Shown piece after piece: positions 24,856-38,600 of a stretch of 64,000 nucleotides of DNA (position 1 is the first letter of the stretch; each line of letters begins with the position of its first letter). The translations under genes and the position numbers were made by a program. The DNA comes from Protoeuglena noctilucae (Eukaryota), in contig OY253677.1 in assembly GCA_958009085.1 (NCBI GenBank), positions 124,001 to 188,000 of the forward strand, in the 5' to 3' direction. Under the pieces are notes generated by a model, which had not been told where the DNA came from, made no database searches, and saw nothing but the letters and a program-made list of their open reading frames with translations.

Positions 24856-26370
24856 TGATGGTACAACAGAATGCCGAGAGAGGGGGGCACGACGTTCCGG
24901 GCGCGGGCTCGCGCGCACGGTCGTCGGCGGGGCGAGCGCGCATGTTCCCCGCGCCGGAGCGTCGCAGCCGCGCCCCGGGGTCGCTCGTGGAAGCCCGCGC
25001 AGTCATTGCGGAAAGAAGCTCACCCATACGATGTCAAAGGTCACGTTCGCCATGTTTTCCCGCGGAGGGGGCCCATGGGCCCCCCGGAACTAGCCCCCCG
25101 CTCTTTGGCAGAGACACGCGGTCTCGTCCTCAGCAATTAGTCCGCAATAGACACGTCTGAGAGGCCTAATGACTAAGGACGAGGGCCGTCTGTAGCCCCC
25201 TGCCACCGCTCTGCGAAACGGCAAGCGCGGCTCTCTCCCGCCGCTTGAAAGCGCGCAGGAAGTGGCAGTGCAGTTGAGACTCGCCGCGAGAACTGTGTGG
25301 CGTCCCTGCCTGTTGTGCGGCACAATCGTCGTGCAGAGCAGAGCCGCCCGCCTTGGCTGGCACAGCTTTTTCTGCGAATAGCCCCCCCTGATATGCGTCA
25401 AAGTGGGCGAGACTGGTGTCAAGGGCTTGAAACGTTGGTTCTGGCCCGTCTGACTCGTACTCCGTTGGAGCTCTCATCTGCCCCCGGTCGCCCGAACGCT
25501 GGGTATGATTGTTTCGTGTGGTTGAGGGACTGCCGGGGACCGCCGTCGCTCGGAAGCCGACTGGATCGATCGGTGAGTGTGCGAGCTACGTGCGTGGCCG
25601 CCGCAGCCCCCCCCCTCCTCCGGTGTGCTCCGTTTCGATGTCCCAGACGTCTCGCGGCCCGGGCGCTCCCCTCCCGGCGCTGCTGCGCCACCCCGCCGCG
25701 CTTCGGGGCGCCACCGGGCTTCCCCGCACCGCGAGGCGCCTCCCGGCCCGTCCTGCAGCGATGGTGTCCTCCCCAACGCGCGCTGGTGGCGCCGCTGGCG
25801 CCGGGGGGGCCGCCCGGGGCCGCCGATCGGCGCCCTGCGCTTCGTTGTCCGAGGGCTTTTTCTCGCCCGGGCGCCCCGCTCGCCGCCCGCCGCGGTGCCT
25901 GCCGCGACAGCATTTCCGGTTGCTCGCGGATGCCGCTGGCCTGCCCCGGCGGCGGTCTCGCTGCGCGCCGGCGCACACTTGCTGGCCCGTTGGCCCGGCG
26001 TATCCCCGCTCCCCCCGGCCCCCCCCCCGGCGCCACCCCGCACGACTGCGCGTTTTCCTCCTCGCTTTGAGGCAGATCTCTTTGCGTTTGCCCCGCGTGG
26101 ACCGCCGGCGCGTCGGGGCCCGGGCCCGACAGGGTGGGGGTCGCATCCGGCCGTCTCGGACGCGTCTGCGTGGCCCTCGGACGCGTCTGCGTGTTTGTTG
26201 TGACATTTTCCTGGAGCTGCACGCGCGACGTGCCGCGAGCCACCCCCCTGGCCTTTCGCACCCGCAGGTCGCTTCCGCGAGTGGCACCCGTGCGCGTAGA
26301 GTGTGTATTTTGGTCGGCTTTTGTTGTCTCATTCACTGTGTCGCCTGCATCGTTTCGGAGGAACTGCGAG

Positions 26371-26574
26371 GTGAGAGCTGCAGCGAGGCCGGTTGGCCTT
26401 CTCGTCGACTGGGGACGCTCGCACCGCGTGCGACTTGTAACTGTCGCTGTATTTCTCTAATATCCCTCGGGGGGACTTCCGCGCCCCGCGGCGCAGAGTT
26501 GGCCCCGAGATCCTGGCCTGGCGGGTATCTCGCCAACAGAGTTTTCACAAGGTCTGCCTTCTTGCCCACCGCAG
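26371..26574 (+). other. Probable 5'-UTR intron of the giant adhesin gene
   Basis: GAG|GTGAGA donor and pyrimidine-rich ...CCCACCGCAG acceptor about 53 nt upstream of ATG 26628. Confidence 0.4.
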
Positions 26575-26627
26575 ATTTGCTACTGGGAGGAACCAGGGTT
26601 GTGGATTTTGCTTGACTTTTGCCAACC

Positions 26628-29600
26628 ATGAAGCTCTCTACTCTCCGCGCGGGCGCGGCCATGGCCCTGGTTGCCGCCCTCGCCACCCTGTGCGGTAGCG
26701 CCTTCGCTGGCGTGCAGAACGTCAGGCGAGAAGCCGCTCCCCGAACGCTGCTCGGAGCCGCCCCCCTCCCCTTCCCAACACTTCCTTGGAACACAATCGC
26801 CATCCCCCCCCTGCAGCGGAGTCGCACGTCCCGGCACGGGAGCGATGAACGTCACCGATCCGATGGCCCACGGATACGGTGAGGAGTCGCGGGCAGGCAC
26901 CCGCTGGCCTGGCGCGTCTCAGCCAAGGCCTTGTCCGAGCGCTGCCATGTCCCCCCCCTCCCCCCCCCCGCGCAGGCCGGCGCTCGCTGCTCAACGTGAC
27001 GGGGTCCACGACCGCCCCCATCATACGGGATGTCCCGCCCGTCGTCACCTTCGCCGAGACGCGGGACGAGGCGGGCATCTCCCAGGGGTACCCCAACGTC
27101 CAGCTCATGCCGACCGTGGAGGTCAAGGACCGCGAGGCCCTGCCCCTGGGCACGACGACGACCACCGACACCATCACCAGCATCACCGTCGCGTGGGACA
27201 CCACCACGGACGCCAACGTGAGCCCCACGCGCGCCCCCACGCGCCCCGCGTCTTCCACAGCCGGCCGCTGACCTGCGCGGGCCTCCCCTCCCTCCCGCAG
27301 GACGCCATCCTGACGTGCACCTCGTCCACGCATTGCTCGAGCACGCTCGTCGGCTCGGCGTCTTCGGCCGCCGCGGTGTACACCGGGTCGACCGGCACGC
27401 TGGCAGACGTGCAGGCGGCGCTGCGGAACCTCTACTTCGCAAACTCCTCCAACACTCCCGGTGAGGGGCACCCGCGGAGTGCGTCTGCGGAATGTCGCCC
27501 TCCCTCTCCGCCGCCGTTCCGCCCTGCAGCTGATCCGGCTGATCCGGCATCCACCCCTCCCCCCCCCCCCCTCCCCTGCAGTGGCCGGCAAGCGCACGGC
27601 GACCTTCACTGTCACCTACGGCAGCGGCACGTCGCAGACCTTCTCCCAGGTCATCTACGTCCTCGCGACTAACGAGGTGCCGGTGCTGTGCCTGATGCCG
27701 CTGGACAGCAGCCGCTGCCAGCAGACAAGCGCCACCGTCACGTACGTGGTGGAGAACGTCCCTGCCGACGCAACCCCCACGGTCAACGTGTTCGGGAGCC
27801 AAGTCACGTGAGGCAGGATGCCGATGGAAAACGACGGCGCTGCCCCCGCGCATTGCATTCGTGGGTCTGATAGCAGCCAGTCTGACCCCCGCCCCGTGCC
27901 CGCCACGCAGGGCCACGGACGTCGACCTGGTTGGCAGCGACCCGCGCCTCATGGTGCGCCTCACCGTCCCCGCCGGCTCCCTGTCCGCGGCTGACAAGCT
28001 GTTCATCGGTGAGCCGCCTCCGCTGATGGGGTGCCCCGCGTGTTAGTGCCTGGCGCATGCCTGCTGAGCTGCCCCGCTCCCGCCCCGCGCACGCAGACTC
28101 GGCGGCCGTCCCTGCCAACGTGAGCCTCTCGACGCTCCAGAACGGGACCATGCTCGAGTTCCGCACCACGCGGACGGCGGGCCCCGACGGCACGTTCGAC
28201 ACGGCCACGCTGACGGCGATCAACAACGACTTCGCCACCGTGCTGCAGAACATCCAGTACCAGGTGAGGGACGCCGTCGAGCGAGCACAGATCACAGACG
28301 TGCTCGACCTCCCTCGGATCCGTCGACTGCCTTGCCCACCCCCCCCCCCCGTTCGCTCGCCCCCGTTGCCGACCGCGCCTCCCGAGCCCCTCCCCGCAGA
28401 AGATCAGCGCCACGACGGACGCCATCACGACCACCTCGGACAAGGCCCGCCGCCTGGTGACGGCCTTCCTGTTCGAGAACCCCAGCAACCCCGAGGACGT
28501 CACCACGGTGCACGACGACCGCGACATCACGCGCCGCAGCAACGTCAACCGCCGCCCCGTGGTGGCCGGCCTCTGCGAGTCCGCGGCGTGGTACTACGAG
28601 AACGACCTGGAGGTCACAGGGACCAGCGACGCCAGCGGGAGCTTCCACTGCGACTACAACTCCTCGAAGACCAGCTACAACCCGCCCCTGTCGGCCGCGA
28701 CCCTCGGCGACGCGGACGGCAGCCCCCTCCTGCGCATGGAGGTGGAAATCACGGGCCCCAGCGGTGAGCACGAGCTGCAGTGCCCGGACAGCCTCCCGTC
28801 CGGCATGAGCTGCTTCGAGGTGTACCCCTCGACGCTGTCGAGCAACCAGTCCGACTACGTCAACACGGTGGTGGTGGAATCGGTCAGCGGCAACCCGGCC
28901 TCGGACTTCCAGGCCGTGCTGCGTGGCGTCGCGTACGTCAACCACGGCGGCGACGACCCTGTGAACGGCCCCAGCATGTGCGCCACGATCACCGTCACGG
29001 TGTGGGACAATGTGCCCGACGGCGTGGCGGACGTGATCGGCGACGACTTCGGGTCCCAGAGCGACTGCGTGCCCGACCTGTGCGCGGGCGGCGCGCAGGA
29101 CCGCCCCGTGTGCCGCGTCTCCGGCGGGACGTGCACCGCCGGCCACATCTCCCAGACGCAGCTGTGCGTGCTGCCGCGCAACGACCTCCCCGACGTGACG
29201 GCCTCTGGCACGGCCGTGTGGACGGAGATTTGCGACAACACGGCCAATGCCAGCAACTACATCAACGTGTTCGGCACCGGCAGCGACCAGGCGTCCATCA
29301 GCATCAACGACGTGGACAGCGCCGTGTGGATGGTCACGGTGGCGCTCGACACCGCCAGCACCGGGTCGCTGAGCTGCGCGGCCGCGGAGAGCAACAACTA
29401 CAACTGCAGCGTCTCGGGCAACACGCTGACGCTCGAGTACAAGGACGGGCAGTCCGCCCTCGTCTACCAGAGCGGCTCCGACATCCAGGGCGCGTCCGTG
29501 ACGGCGGCGCTGGCGTCGGTGGTGCGCTTCAAGGACATCGACGACACGCCCCAGACGGGCACCTTCGCCGTCATCGTCACCGTCTACGACGCCGAGCTCG

Positions 29601-32600
29601 ACACGGCCGCAGGCGAGGCGCAGACAAACCCTTCCAAGACGGTCCACGTCAAGGTCAACTCGTGCAACGACCAGTGCACGTGGAGCGGGTCGGCGCTCAA
29701 GGATGGCGGCCAGTGGACGGAGGCGAGCGACCAGGGCGTGGCGTGGGCGCTGTTCGACGCTTCGTCCGGCTCGCTGTCGATCGGCGACGTGGACAGCGCC
29801 GACCACATGGGCCGCGTGGAGGTGTCCCTGTCGGCCGACGCGTCGCCCGGCACGGGCGACTCGACCGGCGCGCTCATGTGCGGGTCGGACCCCATCGTCG
29901 AGGCCACGACCTTCACGTCGGGCGCGACGGCTGTGCCGGCCATTGCCTTCGACAGCAGCGGCAACGTCGTCACCAGCCTCGCGGCCGGCAGCAACTACGT
30001 CTTCTGCGAGTGGACGGGCACGGGCCTCGGCAAGACGGTCACCATCCGCGTCCGCGACAGCACCCTGGCCGAGCAGTACGTGACGGCCACCGACCTGATG
30101 GGCTACGTGAAGTCGTACGTCCGCTTCTTTAACACGAGCAACCTGCCCATGCAGGCCACCTACACGGTCAGCATCACGGCCTACGACGTCGATGACACGG
30201 GCGCCGGGCACGGTAACGACACGACGGACCCCAAGTCGTGCACGCCGTCCACCCCGCCCACCTTCACCACGACGCCCCAGCTCGACCCGCTGCTGCTGTG
30301 CATCGTCGAGGGCGCCTGCACGTCGAGCGGCCTGCCCACAGAGGCCGTCTGCGACGAGCCCAACAGCGCGGGCTGCACCCGGGCCATGGACACGGACGCC
30401 TCCGCCTCGTGTGCGTGCTACGCCTACAGCGACAACCAGACGGTGCTGCAGGACCAGGCGCTCCAGCAGTACCAGCCGACCTTCTCCGAGGGCGCCTCGA
30501 CGGGCGTGACGCTGCTGACGATCAAGAACGCCGACCGCAGCCCGACCTACACGGCCATCACCGGCCACTCGCCCTACTCCCCTTCCTGCACGTCGTGCAA
30601 GACGCAGAACCTCGACGCGACCGCCATGTACGTGCTCGACAAGGAGCACAAGGACGGGCAGCCCATCAACGTGTCTCTGAGCTGGGTGGCCAGCCCCGGC
30701 GGCAACGCCGACTACCTGTGCGCCACGGCGGCATGCACCCCCACCCTCGCGTCGGGGGCGTACTCCAACTACGCGACCCTGTCGCCCAGCTGGCTCGCGC
30801 AGGTCAGCGGGGCCTCCAGCGGGTCTTCCAGCATCACCACCGTCAGCTACGAGTACATCGGCGCCACGACCGCCGACACGATCGACATTTCCGATGTGGC
30901 TGACCGCGTGGTGCAGTTCTACTTCGGCAAGACGTCGTACACGAGCGACGACGACAACACGCGCCTGAGCGTGCACGTCGAGATCGGCCGCACGAGCCAC
31001 GCGTGCCAGCTCAGCGGGTCAACGACGTGGCAGTGGACGGAGCGGCTCAACACGGCCGAGATTGCCTGGACGGTCCAGAACCTGATGAGCAACAACGCCT
31101 CGGGCACGGGTACGAGCGCGTCCCTGTCGCTGACGGACCAAGACCGCCGGGGGTACCGCCACTGGACGACCTCGGACGGGACCACATACAGCTGCCCCGG
31201 GACGAGCTCGGCGACGAGCGCCCAGGACTGCTACTTCGCCCAGGTGCAGCTCACCACGTCGGACTACGGCCTGCTCGCCTGCAACGCGTCGGTCAGCTCC
31301 ACGTGCCAGGGCTACAACCTCGGCGGGACGGCCAACGCCTGCGTGGCGTGCGCGCTCTCCAGCGACCAGAAGACGGCGACGCTCTACTTCACCCATGACT
31401 ACGCCGACCGCATCTACTCGCAGTACACGTCGACGCTGACGTACGACGCCTCCAACAACCTCACCAGCGACGCGCCGCTGGTCGCCGCGCACAACGAGAT
31501 GACGGGCCTGGTCACCAATGCCCTGCAGAACTACGTGACGTTCGAGGTGGACGCGGACAAGCCCACCCTGGGCAGCACGTCCGTGAAGCTGACGGTCTGG
31601 GACGGCGGCGTGGAGGCCACCAACGCGTCGGCGGCGGTGGACCCGTCGACATGCACGCTCACGGCCAGCGTGGACGAGCTGTGCAAGAACGACACGATCA
31701 CGGTGTCGGCCACGTCGGGCAACACGTACACGGAGCAGAGCGTCCCGGTGTCCGTTTTCAACACGGTGACCATCGTGGACAGCGTCATCTCGCCTGCGGA
31801 GGACGACCTCCAGTCGGCCACGGTGCAGCTGGACAACGGCGCCGTCGGCCTCGTCTGCGGCGCCGCGTCCAGCTCTGGCTGCTCGTGCGCGGGAGCGGGC
31901 TCCTCGACGGGCCACCCGACGCAGGTGGCGGGCGGGTCTGCCGCCACCCTGTACAACAAGCTCTCCATCCAGTGCGTGGACGTGGCGGCCTCGGACATCG
32001 AGAGCGCCATCGCAAGCCTCGTGATGTACCAGAGCCCCGTCCGCGACTGCCTGCAGTCGGGGAGTGTGACCGGCACGCTGGCCGTCACGGACGCCAACCC
32101 CGACGGCTGCGACAACGGCACCAACACGGTGTCGACCACCTTCAGCATCACCCTGGCCGGCAAGGACGACCCCCCGCGCCTGTACCAGAGCAGCCCGAGC
32201 ATCGGGTTCTTCTACGAACCGTCGAGCGCGGCAGCGGGCACGTCCGAGGTCTCCGCCGCGGGGTCCACGGCCGCCATCTCGGGCTCCTTCAGCGAGTCGG
32301 ACCTCGACGCCGTCAACAACGGCGGATACACGTTCCTTGCCTCGGGTTTCCCCGGCGACATCTCCCCCCTGAGCATCGGCTTCCTGGCGGATGCGGATGG
32401 CGCCAGCCCCTCGGGCGCCTTCGACACGGTGGACACCCTCGTGGTGGTCATGACGGCCAACCACCCCTCCGAGCACACCCTGGCGTGCGGGGCTGCCGGC
32501 CCCTCCGTGTCTTGCTCTGCCTCGTACGGGGCTGTCGACGACAACAACACGATGGGGTGGACGGTGACGCCGGCCCCTCCGTGTCTTGCTCTGCCTCGTA

Positions 32601-35600
32601 CGGGGCTGTCGACGACAACAACACGATGGGGTGGACGGTGACGAAGTACACGGGTGACGTGGAGGGAACCAGCGCGACCAGCGCGGAGCAGGTGCTCGCG
32701 GTGCTGTCGGCGCTCGAGTACACCAACAACGGCCGGACGGGCTGTGGCAACACGTACCAGGACGCCCACGACACACTGACCTTCTCCTTCGCCCTCAAGG
32801 ACCACACGGCGAGCCAGTGCTCTGCCAACCCCGACTCCACCAACACGTACAAGAACGTGATCCAGCTCACGTACAACACAAAGAACAACCCCCCCACGGT
32901 GTCGGGCACCCTGGGCACCAAGACGTGGCAGGAGGGCGTCAAGTCCACCAACCTCGTGACGGGGCAGGAGGCGGGCGTGGAGACGAACCAGCACGCGCCC
33001 GTGCCGCTGTTCGACCCGCAGGTCATCTCGTTCAACGACGTGGACAGCTGTGACCGGATCGCCTCAGTCGTGGTGACGCTGACCCCCCCCACGCTGCCGG
33101 CCAACTACGTCCCGTCCGACGTGGGCCAGCTGGTGGCGGTGGACCCGAGCAATCTCAGCAGCTACAATCCCGCGGTCTCGGCGTCCATCCCGGGCATCAC
33201 CTCGGTGTCCACGACTGTCTCGGCCACATCCATCACGCTGACCCTCACGGGCAGCAACTTCACGGTGGGCCAGGCCGCGACGGCGCTCACGTACGTGGCC
33301 TACCTTAACAGCTCGGACACGCCCCTCGGGGGGCAGTACGCCGTCGACATCACCATCAACGACAACGGCGACCATGGCAACGACCCCAGCTCCAAGTCCG
33401 GGAACCTTTCCTCCTCGTCCTTCCTGACTGTGACGGCCACGAACGACGCCCCGGTCCTGTGCCCGAGCGCCACTTACGACTCTACCAAGACGTATCCGGA
33501 TCATGCCGGCGTTGAGGTCACCGACTCAGTCACCTACCCGCTCCCCACCCCCCACCACACGCACCCTTGGCTGGCCTTCAGCACGTCCGGTGCGAACGGC
33601 GGGGCCTGCGAGAAGACATGGACGGTGGACAGCAGCATGCATGTCACGTGGACGGAGCCGGCGGGCGGCACCTGCACGGGCACCAGCCCCGCGTCGGTGC
33701 CGCTGCTGGGCGACATGCCCCTCCTGTTCGACGCCGACCTGGACAACGCCTTCACGGTCATCGTGACCATGACGTGCGCCGCCACCGGCTGCGACCAGGG
33801 GGAGGGCCTGTCGGCCCCCCACTCCAACCTTCAGGGCAGCATCGCGAACAATGTTATCACGCTGCAGCCCTCGGGCACACTGTCCTTCGCGGGCGTGGCC
33901 ACCTTCCTCGCGGACGTGACGTACACCAACACCAACAACACCCCCACGAGCGGGTCCCGGGCCGTGGACATCATCATCGGTGACCACGCGTACGTGCCGA
34001 ACAACATGTCCTCGACCAACTCGTACGCGGAGATCGTGACGGCCATCACGGTCAAGTCCAGCAACGATCCGCCCACGACGAGCTGCACGGGCAGCGCGTG
34101 CAGCACCTGCGCGGACCCGACGAGCTGCACGGCGGTCGGCTACTCGGAGCACACGGTGACGTACAGCGCCAGCGACGACACCACCCACGGCCCCGACCGC
34201 CGCGTGGGCTACCTGAATGTGGTCACGGGCACGACGATCGGGGACGACACCAACTCGATCGGCTCCATCACGGTGGCCATCAGCAACGGCAGCGTGGCGG
34301 ACTACCTGTCGTGCGCCGCCAACATTGGCAGCGACTGCAGCGAGGGCAGCTGGGACGAGGACAGCATGACGACCGCGAACGACGAGATCACGTGCGGGTA
34401 CAACAAGCTTCAGGGCGCCGCGGCCATCGTGAGCACCACGGCCGTGAGCGGCTCCAAGAACGCGACGTGCTCCTACGACCCCACCAGCCAGACGCTGACC
34501 ATCACGCCGGCGGGCGGCGCCACGGAGTTCACGACGGACGAGGCCACCGCGGCGCTCGCCTCCGTCTACTTCAGCGTCTTCACCGATGCGCCGGCGGTGT
34601 CTGAGCGCACGCTCACCATCGTCGTGACGGACGTCAACCACTCGGACAACACCACGTGCGGGAACCAGACGACGACGACGTACGTGCTGGTGGACGTGAC
34701 GCCCGAGAACGACCCGGCCACGTTTGAGACGTGCCAGGCTGTGACGTGCCTGCAGCGGCCCGGCTCGAGCCCCGCGCGCATCTACCAGGGCTGCCACCAG
34801 GTGGCCAAGGGGGCGTGCGGCACGGGCCTGTCCGTGCAGTGCTATGCTTACGACATCAAGCAGTCCGTGGCCAGCCCCTACAGCTACGCGTCGGTCCTGG
34901 CGGCGCTCTACGCCGAGCCCGAGACCCACGCTGACGGACTCCCGGCGCAGTGCAACACGGTGGTCGTGCCCCAGAACGGCGGCAACGTGCTCAGCGGCAA
35001 CATCGGCTCGCTCTCGTCGCTCATCCAGGGGACCTTCGGCGGGCCCTCTGTCGACACAAGCTACGACATCGCGTTCGTCAGCAGCCCCAACGTCTGGGGC
35101 CAGGTGTATGTGACGGACAACGCCGTGCCCTACACCAACACCAAGGTGGTGGATCACTCGGACTCGCAGGCCACCTTCTCCTGCGGCACCATCGTCGTCA
35201 AGGCCAACAGCGTAAACATGCTCCAGGCCTTCACCAGTGCGACCAGCGTGTCGTCCCTGCCCAACAGCGTGACGATCGCGGTCCGCGCGAGCCTGGCCGA
35301 CCCCAACCACGCGGGGGCCTTCCTCCCCTGCACGGCCCTGTCGACCGGCAACCCCACGGGCACGATCCCCGCCGACCTCTCGGGCTCGAGCTACTCGGCG
35401 GACTTCAGCCTGAAGAGCCTGGCGTTCCACAACACGTGCGTGGGCGAGACGACGCTGTACGACACGGACAACCAGACGAACGGCACGTCCAAGACCAACG
35501 CGACGGGCACGGCTGATCAGATCCAGAAGGTGACGGTGTCGGTGGACACCACGTATGGCGTGTACGCGGACAGCACCTACAGCCCTGCGGTGCCCATCGA

Positions 35601-38600
35601 GAGCGAGGACAGCCTCACCTTCGCGCCGGTGCCTGCCGTGACGAGCGCCTGCACCTCCAACTGCTCGACCCCGTGCCCTCCCTCTGTCGCCTCCACGTGC
35701 TGGTCCCACCCCGACGTGAATGTCACCCTCGGGTACAACGCGAGTAGCCTGACGATGACGCTCGTGCCCAAGTTGGGCCAGTACATGACCCACCAGGACG
35801 TGGTGACGGCCCTGAAGACGGTTGAGTACGTCAACTCATCGGCAGAGCCGACGCGGTGCAACAACATGGACGGCCAGGTCTACTCGGGCCCGAACTGCAC
35901 GACGGCGGACCGCCGCATCGTGACGGTGCTGACGGACGACCTGGGCGCCATCACGGAGGTGCACACGTACCTGACGATCGAGGTGACGAACCAACTGCCG
36001 CAGGTCAGCCAGCCGGCTGACCAGGACTGGTACGAGTCCTCCAAGAAGCCCTTCGGCGCCACGGGGGCTACGACTGTCACGCAGCTCATCCCCACCCTCT
36101 CGACCCTCTACGACCCCGACAGCTTCGTCGAGATCCACGTCGTGTGCAACAACTGCCCAACCGGCGCCCAGATCCGGTGCCGGGACACGACGGGCACGGA
36201 CCTGACGGGCAGCAACCTCCCCTCGACCACCATCGCGTGCTCGGACCTGAACGCCGTCGACTCCACCCGCTATGGCGTGGTCCTCAAGCAGCAGGCGGGC
36301 CTGGCCGACTCGGGCATCCGCATCAACGACGCGGCCGGCAAGGCCAACGCCCTCGCGGCGCTGTCCTACGTCTACTACGTCGACAGCGACCGCGACGTGC
36401 AGCAGCAGTGCGTCAGCGTGACACTCGAGGTCAAGGACCTGGCGGTGCAGGCTCTGCCCCCCGCCAACGTGGTGTCCCAGGACTTCACCGTCTACCTACA
36501 CTCGTTCAACAAGCCGGAGTGGGGCGCGTACGTCTCCCCCGCCAGCCCCTTCACGCTGTCCGCCTGGGACGAGTCCACGCAGCAGGGCGCCCCCTTCTCG
36601 CTCTTCCCGGCGGGCACGGCGACCATCCTGCACGGTGACTCGGACACGCACCTGCGCTCGGCCAAGGCGGTCCTGACGTTGCCGTCGGTGAACCCCAACT
36701 ACACGGACGAGCCCGGCGCGCTCATGTGCGGCACGGACCCGTCGATCGCGGGTGCCACCTACTCGACTGACACGGTCGGCGGCACGGCCTTCGCGGTCGT
36801 GTTCGACGCCTCGACCCACGCCGTTGTGGCCTCCCCCGCGGTGGGCACCGCCTATGTCTTCTGCGAGGTGCAGGACATCAAGACGCTTGTGTTCACCACG
36901 CAAGCAGTCGGCGGCGGGCGGGGTGCGGGAGTCGCAGGACATGGACCGCGCCACGGTCCAGGGCGTCATCTCCAGCCTCCTCTACTACTGGAACACGAGC
37001 AACATCCCCCGGCCGGGCACCTACTCGGTGGCCATCACCGTCACGGACAGCGGCGACGACCTCCTCTCGGTGGATTCGTCCTCGTGCAACAACCAGAACG
37101 GCGGCGACTGCACGCCCAAGACTAGCGACGCGACGGTCATGAGCTTCACGCTCAACGACGCGGAGGACGGCCTCGAGATCTGCTGGCTCAAGTCGGCGGG
37201 GACAGCGGCCGACCTGCCCCAGGAGGCCGTGTGCGCCGTTCCGCACCAGCTGGACGCCAACGGCGCCGCGCTCTGCACTCTCAAGACGGACCAGCCGGCC
37301 AGCTCGGACGCGACCAAGGTGGTCTGCGCGCTGGACAGCGACTCGGACCCCGCTGAGCTCACGCCTTTCGCGCCCGGCACGGACCAGAGCACGTACAGCC
37401 CTCGCTTCGTCGAGAACACGGCCGGCGCGCTGATCTTCCCCATCACGAGCGCTTTCGGCACCGACAACGTCGACGTCTCCGACCTGTACGTCATCGACCG
37501 CGAGCACGGCGAGGGGGCCTACAACCCCATCAACTCGGCCGTGTTCTTTGCGTACGACGAGGTCCTCTGCAGCGCTTCTACGGCAAGTCCAGGGGGGCGC
37601 TGCCGGGGCCCTGGACAGACCCCAACCAATGCTCTCCTGTTTCCTTACAATTTTTTCTCCTTCCCCTCGCAGGGCTCGACCTACACCTTCTCCGTGCCCT
37701 CCAGCAACCCCTGGACGCCGGTGTTGGTCGGCTCGCTCACCGCGGGCGACTACCGCTTCACTCTCACGTCGGGCTGCCTCGCGTGGGTGCCCTCGGCCGG
37801 CGCCATGTCCACCTATGGTCACGTGTTCGGCAGCACAGGCGGCTTCAAGCTCACGGACAGCAGCGGGACCCCCCTTCCCATCAACGATGTGCACGGCAAC
37901 GCCCTCGGCTTCCTGCCGGGCGTCCCCGTGAGTGCGTCTGGCAATGTCGTCACCAGTACTCAGGTGAGGTCTGGCGGGGGCTGCCCGCGCATGAGCGAGC
38001 CGCGGCGAGCACGGGCTTCGCAACCTGACACCACGCCACCGCGACCCGCGTCCGCAGTGCGATAGCCTGCTGGTGAATGAGCAAGTTCTCATCTCGGTGG
38101 ACTTCACCATGACGAGCAGCGGTGGCGCTGTGCCCATCTACGTGGATCTTATCGCGAACGGCGTGTCGGCGGTGACGGGATCTGTGTCGTTCAAGATCGA
38201 GCCGCTGTCGGTGAGGGCCAGCGTACGGAGTCCGGGGGGGTTTGTGCCTTGAGAGGCCTGCCGAGCGCGACCCAACCCCACGCCTCTCCTCGCTCTTACA
38301 GTGCACGCATGTCGACAAGCTTCGGGAGTGCAGTTGCAACGCATCGACCTGCGAGAGCGCGGACCCCTCCCAGCCGTCGTGGTCGTCAACCTCCGACAAC
38401 GACTGCAATGGCCAGAGCTTCGGCCTGATCCCCAGCCCCGTGTGGACCAATAAGCTGGACGGGACGTCGGTGCAGAACGACGACTTTGCCGGCCTTGGGC
38501 TCTCCCATGACTCCACGGCGTCGGACGCGTCGGACTTCCTGGACATTGCGCCGCGCCAGGTCGAGTTCTTCTTCAAGAAGAGGTACGCGTCGGCGTACCG

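Noticed and set aside
25297..26615. Several 190-370 aa ORFs between DRC11 and the adhesin gene
   Set aside because: Very GC-rich divergent promoter/UTR region with overlapping low-complexity Arg/Pro/Ala ORFs in most frames and no evident codon bias.
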